A stretch of 64,000 nt of DNA from an uncultured Planctomycetota bacterium. GTDB lineage: Bacteria > Planctomycetota > Planctomycetia > Isosphaerales > Isosphaeraceae. Position numbers and translations under genes: made by a program. Positions 8,974 to 18,123 of the stretch are shown here, in pieces (positions within the stretch are counted from its first letter, which is position 1; each line of letters starts with the position of its first letter). Where the stretch lies: contig CAWGMQ010000010.1 of the NCBI GenBank assembly GCA_963823665.1, positions 1,184,001-1,248,000 of the forward strand, read 5' to 3'. The notes beneath the pieces are model-generated. The model was not told the DNA's origin. It ran no database searches and was given only the letters and a program-made list of their open reading frames with translations.

Positions 8974-11019
8974 TCAGATTGTGAACGTCCCGTACACGTT
9001 GTTGTCACTGGTGGATGCCGTGTTTGCCACGATCAGCGATTTCTTGAGCGTTACGCCGGCGCCTGCGGTGACGAACAACCCGCCGCCGTTGCCGTCGCCG
9101 TCAGTGCCGCCGCTGCCGGCTAATCCGCCCAGGGCCAGATTGGCTGCCACGGTGGTCTGCTCGAGTGTCGCGGTGCCGCCTGCGCCGACGAAGGCGCCGC
9201 CGCCTGAGCCGTCGCCACCGCTGCCGCCCGATCCGCCAATGCCGCCCTGGGCGATGTTAGCGATCAAGACGCTACTGCTAAGATCCAATGATGATGTGTC
9301 GGGAACTCCGAAGACGCTGCCCGTGGCCACGCTGATGGCACCGCCGAATCCGTCACCACCCGTCGAGCCGGCGCTGCCGGCGCCGCCCTGGGCGAGATTG
9401 CCTGCGAAGAGGGAACCGGCGATGGTTGTGGTCGCTGCGAACGAACCATCGAGACCGCCGCCCGTGGCGTCGCCACCGCCGCCACCGCCGGAACCCGCAA
9501 TGGCACGGTTACTGACGAGAACGCAGTTGGTTACCGTGAAGTTGGAACCGTTGTTCTCGATGCCGCCGCCCGCTGCACCGCCGCCGATCGTGGACGGACA
9601 TGAGCCGCCTTGAGCCAGGTTGTAATCCACTGTGCTGTTCATGACCGTGACGTTGCCTCCGGCGGTAACGGCGATGCCACCACCGAAAGCGAATGCGTTT
9701 GAGGAGCCGGCGGGGTTTGCCCCTCCGCTGCCGGCGATGGCACGGTTGCCGATCAGCGTGCAGTCGTTCAGAGACAGGGTCCCACCTCCGCCGGCTTGCA
9801 TGGCGCCACCACCGGCCTGGCTGGCGAACGAACCGGAGGCGCTGGGATCGCCGCCGCCCTGGGCTAAGTTGTTGGTAAACACGCAATTCGTGGCGTTCAC
9901 CGTTGTGCCCGGCACATCTTCAAGTAACGCCCCGCCGAAGCCGCCGCTGCCCTGGCCGCCGAATGAACCGTTGAAGGTACCGGCGAGGGACTCGTTGGCC
10001 GTGAACGAGCTGTTGTTCAGAGTCAGCGTGCATCCTTCTGTGTTGATTGCGCCGCCGTCTGAATTGCATCCCGCGCCACCCGTCGCGATGTTGCCCGCAA
10101 AGGAAGAACCGGCGATTGTCGCGATCACTCCGAACTCCAGGTCAATCGCGCCTGCAACGCCGTAATCCGAGCCACTCGCCGCGACGGCTTCGTTGCCGAC
10201 GAACGTGCTGCTATAGACGTTCAAAGTCGAAGCGTTGGGCAGGCTCGGCGGAGGGGATCCGAAGCTCTCGATGGCACCGCCCGTGCTGCCGTCGAAATAG
10301 CTCGAGCTTCCGCCGCCGGTGGCCTGATTGCCGATGAACTCGGAGTTTGCGACGGTGGCACTGCCCAGGTTCATAAGGGCGCCGCCGAAGGAGTCATTCC
10401 CTGGGGTGGCCGCCGCGACGTTGTTGGTCAGGAGACTGTGCGTGAGGGTCAGGGTGGCGCCGACTTCGTTGTCGATCCCGCCGCCGTTGGCGGCATCGGG
10501 CGTGGTGCTATCGCCGCTGCCGCCGATGGCCGTATTGGCGGTCAGCGTGCACTGGCTAACGGTCAAGGTGCCGAAGTTGTCGATTCCTGCTCCCTGAACG
10601 GCCATTCCATTGGCGATTGTCAAGTTTTCGATTGTCGCCGTGACGCCCGCGGAGACCACAAAATCGCCCTCGGTTCCACCGCCGCTGACTGTCAGGTTGC
10701 CGGCACCAAGGCCGTCGATGGTCAGGTTGGTGCCGAGCACCAGCGGGCCGGACGTCAAGGTGATTGTTTGACCCTTGAGCTTCGAAGAAAAGTCGATGGT
10801 GTCGCCGCTGGTGGCGACGGCAACGGCTGCTCGGAGCGAGCCATTGCCACTGTCGTTGTTGTTCGTGACCGTCAGCGTGCTGAGCAACGTGCGGTTTTCC
10901 ATCAAGTCGATGCCGGGTACAAATCGCCTCGGGAGGGCATCAGAACGGGGATGCGGCGATATTCCCCTTCGAATCACTCCGATCGATGCCTTTGACAGGC
11001 TCTCAAAGCGCAGCATCAT
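8974..11019 (-). CDS. Planctomycete secreted Gly-rich beta-helix repeat protein (paralog of 15411..17606)
   Basis: LMENRTLLS N-terminal motif, VTNNNDSGNGSLRAA, many N-x-A-x-GG...GGAI repeats. Confidence 0.8.
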   Translation of the reverse strand: MMLRFESLSKASIGVIRRGISPHPRSDALPRRFVPGIDLMENRTLLSTLTVTNNNDSGNGSLRAAVAVATSGDTIDFSSKLKGQTITLTSGPLVLGTNLTIDGLGAGNLTVSGGGTEGDFVVSAGVTATIENLTIANGMAVQGAGIDNFGTLTVSQCTLTANTAIGGSGDSTTPDAANGGGIDNEVGATLTLTHSLLTNNVAAATPGNDSFGGALMNLGSATVANSEFIGNQATGGGSSSYFDGSTGGAIESFGSPPPSLPNASTLNVYSSTFVGNEAVAASGSDYGVAGAIDLEFGVIATIAGSSFAGNIATGGAGCNSDGGAINTEGCTLTLNNSSFTANESLAGTFNGSFGGQGSGGFGGALLEDVPGTTVNATNCVFTNNLAQGGGDPSASGSFASQAGGGAMQAGGGGTLSLNDCTLIGNRAIAGSGGANPAGSSNAFAFGGGIAVTAGGNVTVMNSTVDYNLAQGGSCPSTIGGGAAGGGIENNGSNFTVTNCVLVSNRAIAGSGGGGGGDATGGGLDGSFAATTTIAGSLFAGNLAQGGAGSAGSTGGDGFGGAISVATGSVFGVPDTSSLDLSSSVLIANIAQGGIGGSGGSGGDGSGGGAFVGAGGTATLEQTTVAANLALGGLAGSGGTDGDGNGGGLFVTAGAGVTLKKSLIVANTASTSDNNVYGTFTI

Positions 11020-11065
11020 CGTGCTCTCCTGGTGTTGAGGAAGAGTTCAAGGTCGTCACAGACAG

Positions 11066-11092
11066 TTACGCACTGGCCCGCTGAATCTTTCA
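11066..11092 (-). promoter_or_regulatory. Putative ECF-sigma promoter TGAAAGA-N15-CGTAA
   Basis: Same motif, spacer length and distance (46 nt) to the ATG as the copy at 17653-17679. Confidence 0.55.
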
Positions 11093-11227
11093 AAGCGATT
11101 GCGAGTTCTTTTGATTCAGTGGCCGCGGAAGGTTCGGGTCTGGCGGAACTCTAATCGGGAGCAAAAACCATCAGGGCAGCGCTCGTGGTCGCCAGGTAGC
11201 GGCCGTAAGGACGCTTTGGCCAACGCG

Positions 11228-14200
11228 TCAAGGCTGTCGAATCGCTGGTAGCTTGGCGCTCGTGACTTTGGTGCCGGTTTTGCTGAGGACGGCGGTGAAA
11301 TTCGCGCCTGGCTGTCCCGAATCGTTGCCGTCCAGCTCGCGGCCGAGGGCGTCGAGCAGGCTGGCCGCTTTGACTGTGAGCTCCAGCGGCGGGTTTAGCG
11401 CCAGCGTCTTTCGGGTGAGGAGACTCACTGTGAACGCCGAGGAGTTGTAGGTTGCCTGGGAGAGCTGCACGGGCTTGCTCTTCTGTGTCTTGTTGTTCGG
11501 GATGGTGGCCAGGGTGTACGCGTTGATGTTCTGCGCGTCCGCCGAATCGAGAGCCTCGCTGAATTGGAGGACGATGCCTTGCACGGTCTTGTGCTTGCTC
11601 AACTTGAACTTTTCGACGGTGACGCTTTGGACAGTCGCCGGGGCGAGGATCACGGTGAGCGTGCCGGGCACGTACGTGATTGCGTAGTTGGGCGAGCTGG
11701 CACCACCCAACGTGATCGGGTAGCTGCCGGGTGTGCTTGACGGGGTCGCGGTTGTGCTGAGCACAGGCGGGGTTGTGAGATTAGCCGGTGTGTCGCCGCT
11801 TACGAACCCGGTGATCGTGTACGTCAGGGCTGGCAGCGACGAGCCGGAGACCGTTGATTCGTTGTTCGCCCGCACCGTCAACTGCGCCGGGTGAACCGTT
11901 AGTTGGCTCGAGCCGTGGGCGGCGAGGAACACACCGTCGGTCGCGTAGTTGTAGGTGACGATGTAGGCCGTCGAGCGAGCGTCCAGGACCACGTCCGCTC
12001 TGGTGAATTGGGTCGAGAACGAACCGTCGGAGGCGATTGTGGCGTCATGCGTGACACCGTCGACCGTGACGGCGACGTCTTCTCCAGCCGGCACCTGCAC
12101 GCCGGCGGCGACTGTGCCTGAGACACTCACTGCGCTGCCGTAGCTGACTGTCTGGTCCCTCAGCCCGGCGAAGCTCGGCCCGATCTGGTTGGTCAGATTG
12201 TACGAAGCCGACGACGTCACTCCGACGGCTGAGGCGGTCACGGCGAAGGTGCCGGCCGTCGCGTTCGCCGCGGCTGTGACACTCGCCAGGCCGCTCGCGC
12301 CGGTCACCGCCGAGCTGGCACTGAGCGCGGCACTGGCGGCCAACGATGGTGCGCTGAAACTGATCGTCACACCCGGCAGCGGTGCGCTCGCAAAATCTTC
12401 GGTCAAGACCGCGATGAGCGGAGAACCGAACGGCAGGTTGACCAGGGTGCTTTGAGGGCTTCCCGAGGAGACTGCGAGGGTGTAACCCTGATCCTGGAAC
12501 GCACCGATGTCGACGCTGCCGGCAGTTGGGCGAGGCGCACCTCGCTGGTCGGTGGTGACACCGCTCGCGGCCGTGCCCGCGCCGATGGCGGCGCTGCCGG
12601 GCACGAGCCCCATGGTTTGGGTAGGGCCACCGTAGTCGCCGAGTGGGGCCAACCCCGGGTCGAGGACGCCGACCAAGTTGCCGTCGACCTCGTTGACAAG
12701 CCCCCCTGAGCCGCCGGTACCGATCAGGTTGTTCAAGCCCGAAGCGGTGCCAGGACCGCCGATGTCGCTGGCGCCGGAAACATCTGAATTGGTGGCGACG
12801 ATCGTGTTATTGAGCGTGGCCGTGCCGGAGAGATAGATGCCGCCGGAGGCGGAGGTGCTTGTGTTGCCACTGACAGTGCAGTTGGTCAGCGCGGTCGTCG
12901 TTTCGAAGCTATTGATGCCGCCTCCGACTCCGTCGGCAGTGTTGTCGCTGACGGTGCAGTTGGTGAGCGCAGTGGGGCCGCTGGTGCTGATGCCACCACC
13001 GCCGCCGGCGGCGGAGTTGCCGCTCAGGGCGCAGGCGGTCAGGGTGGTCATGCCGCCGATGATGATGCCTCCGCCGTAGCCGCCGGCGGTGTTGTCGCCG
13101 ACGGTGGTGGCGGAGAGCGCCATCGTGCCGTAGCTGGCCAAGCCGCCGCCGTTAACAACGGCGGAGTTGCCGCTGACGGTGACGCCGTCCAGCGTGGTCG
13201 TGCCGCTGTTCCACACGCCGGCGCCGCTCTGTGAGGCAGAGTTTCCGCTGATTGTGCAGCCCGTGATGGTCGTCGATGGGCCGTTGTTCCAGAGTCCGCC
13301 GCCGTACTTCGCCCGGTTGTCGCTGAAGGTGCAGTTGGCCAACGCGGCCGTGCCCGCGAAGTTGCCCAGGCCACCGCCGGCGTCGCCGGCAGAGTTGCCG
13401 CTGACGGTGCAGTTGGTGAGCGTGGTCGTCGTTTCGAAGCTGTTGATGCCGCCGCCGTCTTGGTCGGCGGTGTTGTTGCTGACGGTGCAGTTGGTGAGCA
13501 TGGTCGAGCCGCTGGTGCTGATGCCACCACCGCCGCCGGCGGCGGAGTTGCCGCTGACGGTGACGCCGTCCAGCGTGGTTGTGCCATTGTTGAACAGACC
13601 GCCGCCGTAGCCGGTCGTCGAGCCCCCCGTGATCGTCAGATCCGAGATCGACGCGGTGACCATTTCGTCGACCTGGAACACCCGGCTTGTCCCTCCGCCG
13701 CTGACCGTGACGCCTGCCGCCGGGCCGGTGATCGTCTGCGGACCCGTCGTGTCGCTCAGCTCGAGCTGGCCCTGAGTGAGCAAGATTGTCTGGGCTGCGG
13801 CGAAGACGGTCGGATCGAAGCTGATGGTCTCGGCGCCGCCCAGCGCGTTGGCCAGGTTAACGGCCTGGCGCAGGCTCAGGACGCCAGAGGGCGAACCATT
13901 GCCGTCGAGCGTCGTATCGACCACCATGGCAGTCTGAGTCTGGAAGGCGCCGATATCGGGGGGCGAGTCAAGTGGCTGGCCACGCTGGTCGGTCGTGATG
14001 CCGCTCGCGGCCGTGCCGGCGCCGATTGCCGCGCTGCCGGGCAATAGAGCCATGGTTTCGGTCGGGCCGCCGTATTCGCCCAATGGGGCCAGGCCCAAGT
14101 TCGTAAGGCTGGTCAGGACGATGTTGCCGCTGTTGCCGCCGGTGATCCCGCCTGAGCCGCCGGTGCCGATCAGGTTGTTTGAGCCCGAAACGCTGCCAGG

Positions 14201-15385
14201 ACCGGCGATGTCGCTGGCGCCGGAAGAGTCCGTATTGCCGGCGACGATCGTGCTGCTAAGCGTGGCCGTGCCGGAGAGGTAGATGCCGCCGAAACCGGAG
14301 GTGCTCATATTGTCGCTGACGGTGCAATTCGTCAGCGCGGTTGAGCCAGCGCTGCTCATGCCGCCGCCACCGTCAGCGGCGGAGTTGCCGCTGACTGTGC
14401 AATTGGTCAGGGTGGCCAGAGCATTGATGCTGATCCCGCCGCCGAATTTGTCGGAGGTGTTTTCGCTGACGGTGCAACTGGTCAGCATGGTGGGGCAGAC
14501 GCTGCTCATGCCGCCGCCACTGTCAGCGGCGGAGTTGCCGCTGACGGTGCAACTGGTCAGCGCGGCAGTGCCGTCGTTGCAGCTCAGGCCGCCGCCGAAC
14601 CCGGAAGCGGAGTTGTCGCTGACGGTGCAATTGGTCAGCGTGGTTGGGCCGCCGCTGCTGATTCCGCCGCCATTCTCAGCGGCGGAGTTGCCGCTGACGG
14701 TGCAGTCGGTCATTTTGGTTGTGCCGTCGATGCTGATCCCGCCGCCGAATTTGTCGGAGGTGTTGTCGCTGACGGTGCAACTGGTCAACGTGGTCGTGCC
14801 GTCGCTGCTGATGCCGCCGCCACTGTCACCGGCGGAATTGCCGCTGACGGTGCAGTTGGTTAGCGCGATCGTGCCTCCGTTCGATACGCCGCCGCCGAGT
14901 CCGGTCGTCGAGCCCCCGCTGATCGTGAGGCCGGAGAGCGACGCAGTGACGCCGTTGTCGACCTGGAAGACCCGGACCGTGCCGCCGCCGCTGACGGTCG
15001 CAGCTCCCGCGCCGGGTCCGTCGATCACCTCAGGGCCGGCGGTTTCGGCGAGCTCCAGGGTTGCACCCAGCGTGATCGTTTGGGGTGAGGTTGAATTGAA
15101 CACTGCCGCGTCGAAGTCGATCTCGCTTCCATCGGCGTTGGGATTGGCGTTGGCCTGTGAGATGACGTAAGGGAGCGTGCCGGACGTGCCCGAACCCGAG
15201 GCGCTATTTCCCGGGTCATCGACCGTGAAGATCGTTGGCGAGAGCACCACGCGTGTTTCCAGCAGCTCGAGCTGGGGCTGCTGACTTCTTGGACGGCGGT
15301 CGCGCCATGGACAACGCGCGGATGATTGCGGAGATTCCGAACGTCGATTTCCCTGCGGCTCTCGATTGTCGGGTCGATGCATCAT
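11228..15385 (-). CDS. Large secreted repeat protein: two beta-helix/choice-of-anchor-Q-like modules, Ig-like (Big-1) and MBG domains
   Basis: LELLETRVVLS motif, TLTNCTVSGNSA..GGG repeats, two LAPLGxYGGPTxTM..PGSAAIGAG..DQRG..DIGAFQ blocks, MBG motif PALTYTITGFVSGD..PGSYPIT..NYAITYVPGTLTV; GAAGGGA RBS before ATG 15385. Confidence 0.85.
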   Translation of the reverse strand: MMHRPDNREPQGNRRSESPQSSARCPWRDRRPRSQQPQLELLETRVVLSPTIFTVDDPGNSASGSGTSGTLPYVISQANANPNADGSEIDFDAAVFNSTSPQTITLGATLELAETAGPEVIDGPGAGAATVSGGGTVRVFQVDNGVTASLSGLTISGGSTTGLGGGVSNGGTIALTNCTVSGNSAGDSGGGISSDGTTTLTSCTVSDNTSDKFGGGISIDGTTKMTDCTVSGNSAAENGGGISSGGPTTLTNCTVSDNSASGFGGGLSCNDGTAALTSCTVSGNSAADSGGGMSSVCPTMLTSCTVSENTSDKFGGGISINALATLTNCTVSGNSAADGGGGMSSAGSTALTNCTVSDNMSTSGFGGIYLSGTATLSSTIVAGNTDSSGASDIAGPGSVSGSNNLIGTGGSGGITGGNSGNIVLTSLTNLGLAPLGEYGGPTETMALLPGSAAIGAGTAASGITTDQRGQPLDSPPDIGAFQTQTAMVVDTTLDGNGSPSGVLSLRQAVNLANALGGAETISFDPTVFAAAQTILLTQGQLELSDTTGPQTITGPAAGVTVSGGGTSRVFQVDEMVTASISDLTITGGSTTGYGGGLFNNGTTTLDGVTVSGNSAAGGGGGISTSGSTMLTNCTVSNNTADQDGGGINSFETTTTLTNCTVSGNSAGDAGGGLGNFAGTAALANCTFSDNRAKYGGGLWNNGPSTTITGCTISGNSASQSGAGVWNSGTTTLDGVTVSGNSAVVNGGGLASYGTMALSATTVGDNTAGGYGGGIIIGGMTTLTACALSGNSAAGGGGGISTSGPTALTNCTVSDNTADGVGGGINSFETTTALTNCTVSGNTSTSASGGIYLSGTATLNNTIVATNSDVSGASDIGGPGTASGLNNLIGTGGSGGLVNEVDGNLVGVLDPGLAPLGDYGGPTQTMGLVPGSAAIGAGTAASGVTTDQRGAPRPTAGSVDIGAFQDQGYTLAVSSGSPQSTLVNLPFGSPLIAVLTEDFASAPLPGVTISFSAPSLAASAALSASSAVTGASGLASVTAAANATAGTFAVTASAVGVTSSASYNLTNQIGPSFAGLRDQTVSYGSAVSVSGTVAAGVQVPAGEDVAVTVDGVTHDATIASDGSFSTQFTRADVVLDARSTAYIVTYNYATDGVFLAAHGSSQLTVHPAQLTVRANNESTVSGSSLPALTYTITGFVSGDTPANLTTPPVLSTTATPSSTPGSYPITLGGASSPNYAITYVPGTLTVILAPATVQSVTVEKFKLSKHKTVQGIVLQFSEALDSADAQNINAYTLATIPNNKTQKSKPVQLSQATYNSSAFTVSLLTRKTLALNPPLELTVKAASLLDALGRELDGNDSGQPGANFTAVLSKTGTKVTSAKLPAIRQP

Positions 15386-15410
15386 TGTGGTTCCCTTCTC
15401 GAAACGCTGT

Positions 15411-17606
15411 TCAGGACGTTGTGACTGTCCCGTACATGTTGTTGCCGCTGGTGGATGCAATGTTTGCAAGAATGAGCGAATTCTTGAGCGTTACACCGGC
15501 GCCGGCGACGATGTAGAGGCCGCCGCCGAAGCCATCGCCTTCGCTGGCGCCGCAACCGGCGAGTCCGCCGATGGCGAGGTTAGCGATGATGACGGTCTGG
15601 TCCAGGGTCGCGGTACCGCCAGAGCCGACGTAGATTCCGCCGCCCTCGCCGTTGCTGCCACCGCCGCCCTGGGCCTGGTTGCCGCTGATCGCGCTGTTGC
15701 TGACGGTGACCACGCTGGCGTTCAAGGGGCCATAGCCTGAGGAGTTAAAATTGCCAAGGTAATCAAAGATGCCGCCGCCCGCGCCAACGCCGGCGAAGAC
15801 GGCCCCGGTGCCGCCGCCCGTGTTACCAACACCACCGCTGGCCTGGTTTTGGTCCAGGTTGCTGCTGCCGACGCTAAGCATACCCCCCAGGTAATTCGCG
15901 ATGCCCGCGCCAACGCCGGCGCCGACAAGGTCCGCCACGCTGGCAGTCCCGCTGTTGTTGTTGCCGCCCTGGGCATCGTTCTGGGTAATGGTGCAGTCGC
16001 TGACGGCGACCGTGTTCGGCCCGAGCTCGCTGCCACCGAAGCAAGAAACGATCGCGCCGCCCAGGCTTTCGCCGACCAGCACCACGGCGCCGGTTCCCGT
16101 GTCGCCGTTGCCGGCGATTGCCGCATTGCTGTTAAAGGTGCAGCCAGTGAGCGTGGCCGTAACTGCAAACCCACAGTAGACAGCTCCCCCCTCCGCACCA
16201 CCGACCTCGACGACATCGGTCCCGGTGGCCACGGCGTTATTGCCGCCGATGGCCTGATTGTGGCTGAAGCTGCAGTTGGTGATCTGAGCGGAGGCGAAAC
16301 TCACGTTGATGGCGCCGCCGTAGCTCGAGTCCACCTCGGGGTCCGACTGGCCTGAACCACTGTTTCCGCCGTTACCGGCCAAGGCCACGTTGTTCTCGAA
16401 AGTGCTGCCGCAGACGGTCAGGGAGGCGTTGGCGACGATGGCACCTCCGTCGGCCTGTCCGGCAACGACTCCGGTGCAGCCATTGCCGCCGATGGAGGAA
16501 TTGCCGCTGAAGATACAGCCGACGATGGTGGCCGGGCTAAAGATTGTGAGAGCGCCGTTGCCGACCCCAACGCTCGAGCCGTTCCCGCCAACGGATGAAT
16601 TGCCGCTGAAGGTGCTGGCGGTCATGGTGAGGGTACCGCCGTAAATCTCGATGCCGCCGCCGTTGACGTAGCCCGCGCCGCTGTTGGCACCGCCGGCGCC
16701 CTTGTTGTCGCTAATGATGCTATTGGTGATCACGAGCGTCGCACCCGAGTCAATTCCGCCTCCGCCCCCAGCGCCATCGCCGCTACTGTCGCCGCCGCGC
16801 ACCAGGTTGCCGCTGATGGTGCTGTTGCTGATCATGGCACTGCCCGCGACCACTTCAATGCCGCCGCCGCCGCCTGCACCGTCGCTGCTGTCGACGCCTC
16901 CCTGGGCCAGGTTGCCGCTGACCGTGCTGTTGTTAATCGTCACACTGCCGGCGGTGACGTTGATGCCGCCGCCGAACCCGTCGCCGTATGACGACGCGCC
17001 GGCAGCGCCAACTGCCCGGTTGCCACTGATCTGGCAGCCGGTGATGGTCAGATCTCCCGCCAGACTCTGGATGCCGCCGCCTTGGGCGCCGCTGGTGGTG
17101 CTCTCGTTGGTCACGTTCTGGGACAGGACGTCGCCGGCCAGCGTCAAGTTCGCGCCGTCGTCGAGGATGCCGCCACCCTGGTCGGCGGCGTAGCCGTGCG
17201 TGATCGTCAGACCGCTGATGGTCACGTCCTGCCCGGCCGCGACCTCGAAAACCCGGTTGGCGTTGTCGCCGCTGATGGCTAGGTGGGTGGCGCCCGGTCC
17301 GTCGATGGTCAGGTTGACGCCGACTGTGAGCTCGCCGGAAGTCAACGTGATCGTCTGGCCATTGAGCTTGGACGAAAAGTCGATGGTGTCGCCACTCGTG
17401 GCAGCGGCGATCGTGGCGCGCAGCGAGCCATTTCCACTGTCGTTGTTGTTCGTGACCGTCAGCGTGCTCAGCAACGTGCGGTCTTCCATCAAGTCGACGC
17501 CGGGTACAAACCGCCTCCGAGAGGCATCAGAACGGGGACGCGACGATATTCCCTTTCGAGTCACTCGGATCGATCTCTTTGAAAGGCTCTCAAAGCGCAG
17601 CATCAT
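15411..17606 (-). CDS. Planctomycete secreted Gly-rich beta-helix repeat protein (paralog of 8974..11019)
   Basis: LMEDRTLLS motif; N- and C-termini closely similar to 8974..11019. Confidence 0.8.
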   Translation of the reverse strand: MMLRFESLSKRSIRVTRKGISSRPRSDASRRRFVPGVDLMEDRTLLSTLTVTNNNDSGNGSLRATIAAATSGDTIDFSSKLNGQTITLTSGELTVGVNLTIDGPGATHLAISGDNANRVFEVAAGQDVTISGLTITHGYAADQGGGILDDGANLTLAGDVLSQNVTNESTTSGAQGGGIQSLAGDLTITGCQISGNRAVGAAGASSYGDGFGGGINVTAGSVTINNSTVSGNLAQGGVDSSDGAGGGGGIEVVAGSAMISNSTISGNLVRGGDSSGDGAGGGGGIDSGATLVITNSIISDNKGAGGANSGAGYVNGGGIEIYGGTLTMTASTFSGNSSVGGNGSSVGVGNGALTIFSPATIVGCIFSGNSSIGGNGCTGVVAGQADGGAIVANASLTVCGSTFENNVALAGNGGNSGSGQSDPEVDSSYGGAINVSFASAQITNCSFSHNQAIGGNNAVATGTDVVEVGGAEGGAVYCGFAVTATLTGCTFNSNAAIAGNGDTGTGAVVLVGESLGGAIVSCFGGSELGPNTVAVSDCTITQNDAQGGNNNSGTASVADLVGAGVGAGIANYLGGMLSVGSSNLDQNQASGGVGNTGGGTGAVFAGVGAGGGIFDYLGNFNSSGYGPLNASVVTVSNSAISGNQAQGGGGSNGEGGGIYVGSGGTATLDQTVIIANLAIGGLAGCGASEGDGFGGGLYIVAGAGVTLKNSLILANIASTSGNNMYGTVTTS

Positions 17607-17652
17607 CGTGCTCTCCTGGTGTTGAAGATGAGGTTCAACTCATCACAGAGGG

Positions 17653-17679
17653 ATACGCAGGTGCCGAGAGATTCTTACA
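17653..17679 (-). promoter_or_regulatory. Putative ECF-sigma promoter TGTAAGA-N15-CGTAT
   Basis: Bipartite motif conserved with 11066-11092; CGTA -10 box is typical of ECF promoters; lies downstream of the ECF/kinase pair. Confidence 0.55.
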
Positions 17680-18123
17680 GGGCGATCGCGATTTTTTCCC
17701 AGCGCGATGTCCTCGTTGGCTGATCGGGGCTTGGCGGCGCGAACGTAGAGATATGTCAGGGATAGCTGGACGCATCCGGGTGATCCCTTGTCGAGTGGCT
17801 CAAATCACAGCTCAACCACGTGAGGCTTAGCTGCGCGTTTGGAGTGCATGAATGATTGAGCGAAATCGGCATCCCTGGAGATGTCGATTTCCCTAATTTC
17901 ATAACCGCGCACGGCAGTCGATCGTAGACAGAGAATCGAGCGAAATGGAGAAATGGCCATATTGCGCGAGACGTCTCGTCAAGAAAGAACGAACTTCGCC
18001 TTCGGTCCGAACACGGCCGTTGCATGCCCGATGACACGGAGGTCACGGAGGAATTGGGAAGAAAACACGAGGCGGGTGGAGAGGGACGCGGGTGAGGGGT
18101 GCAAGTGACCGAGAACGCAGAGG

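Noticed and set aside
8974..17606. Diversity-generating retroelement acting on the paralogous repeats
   Set aside because: No reverse transcriptase in the window, and the differences are not adenine-specific.
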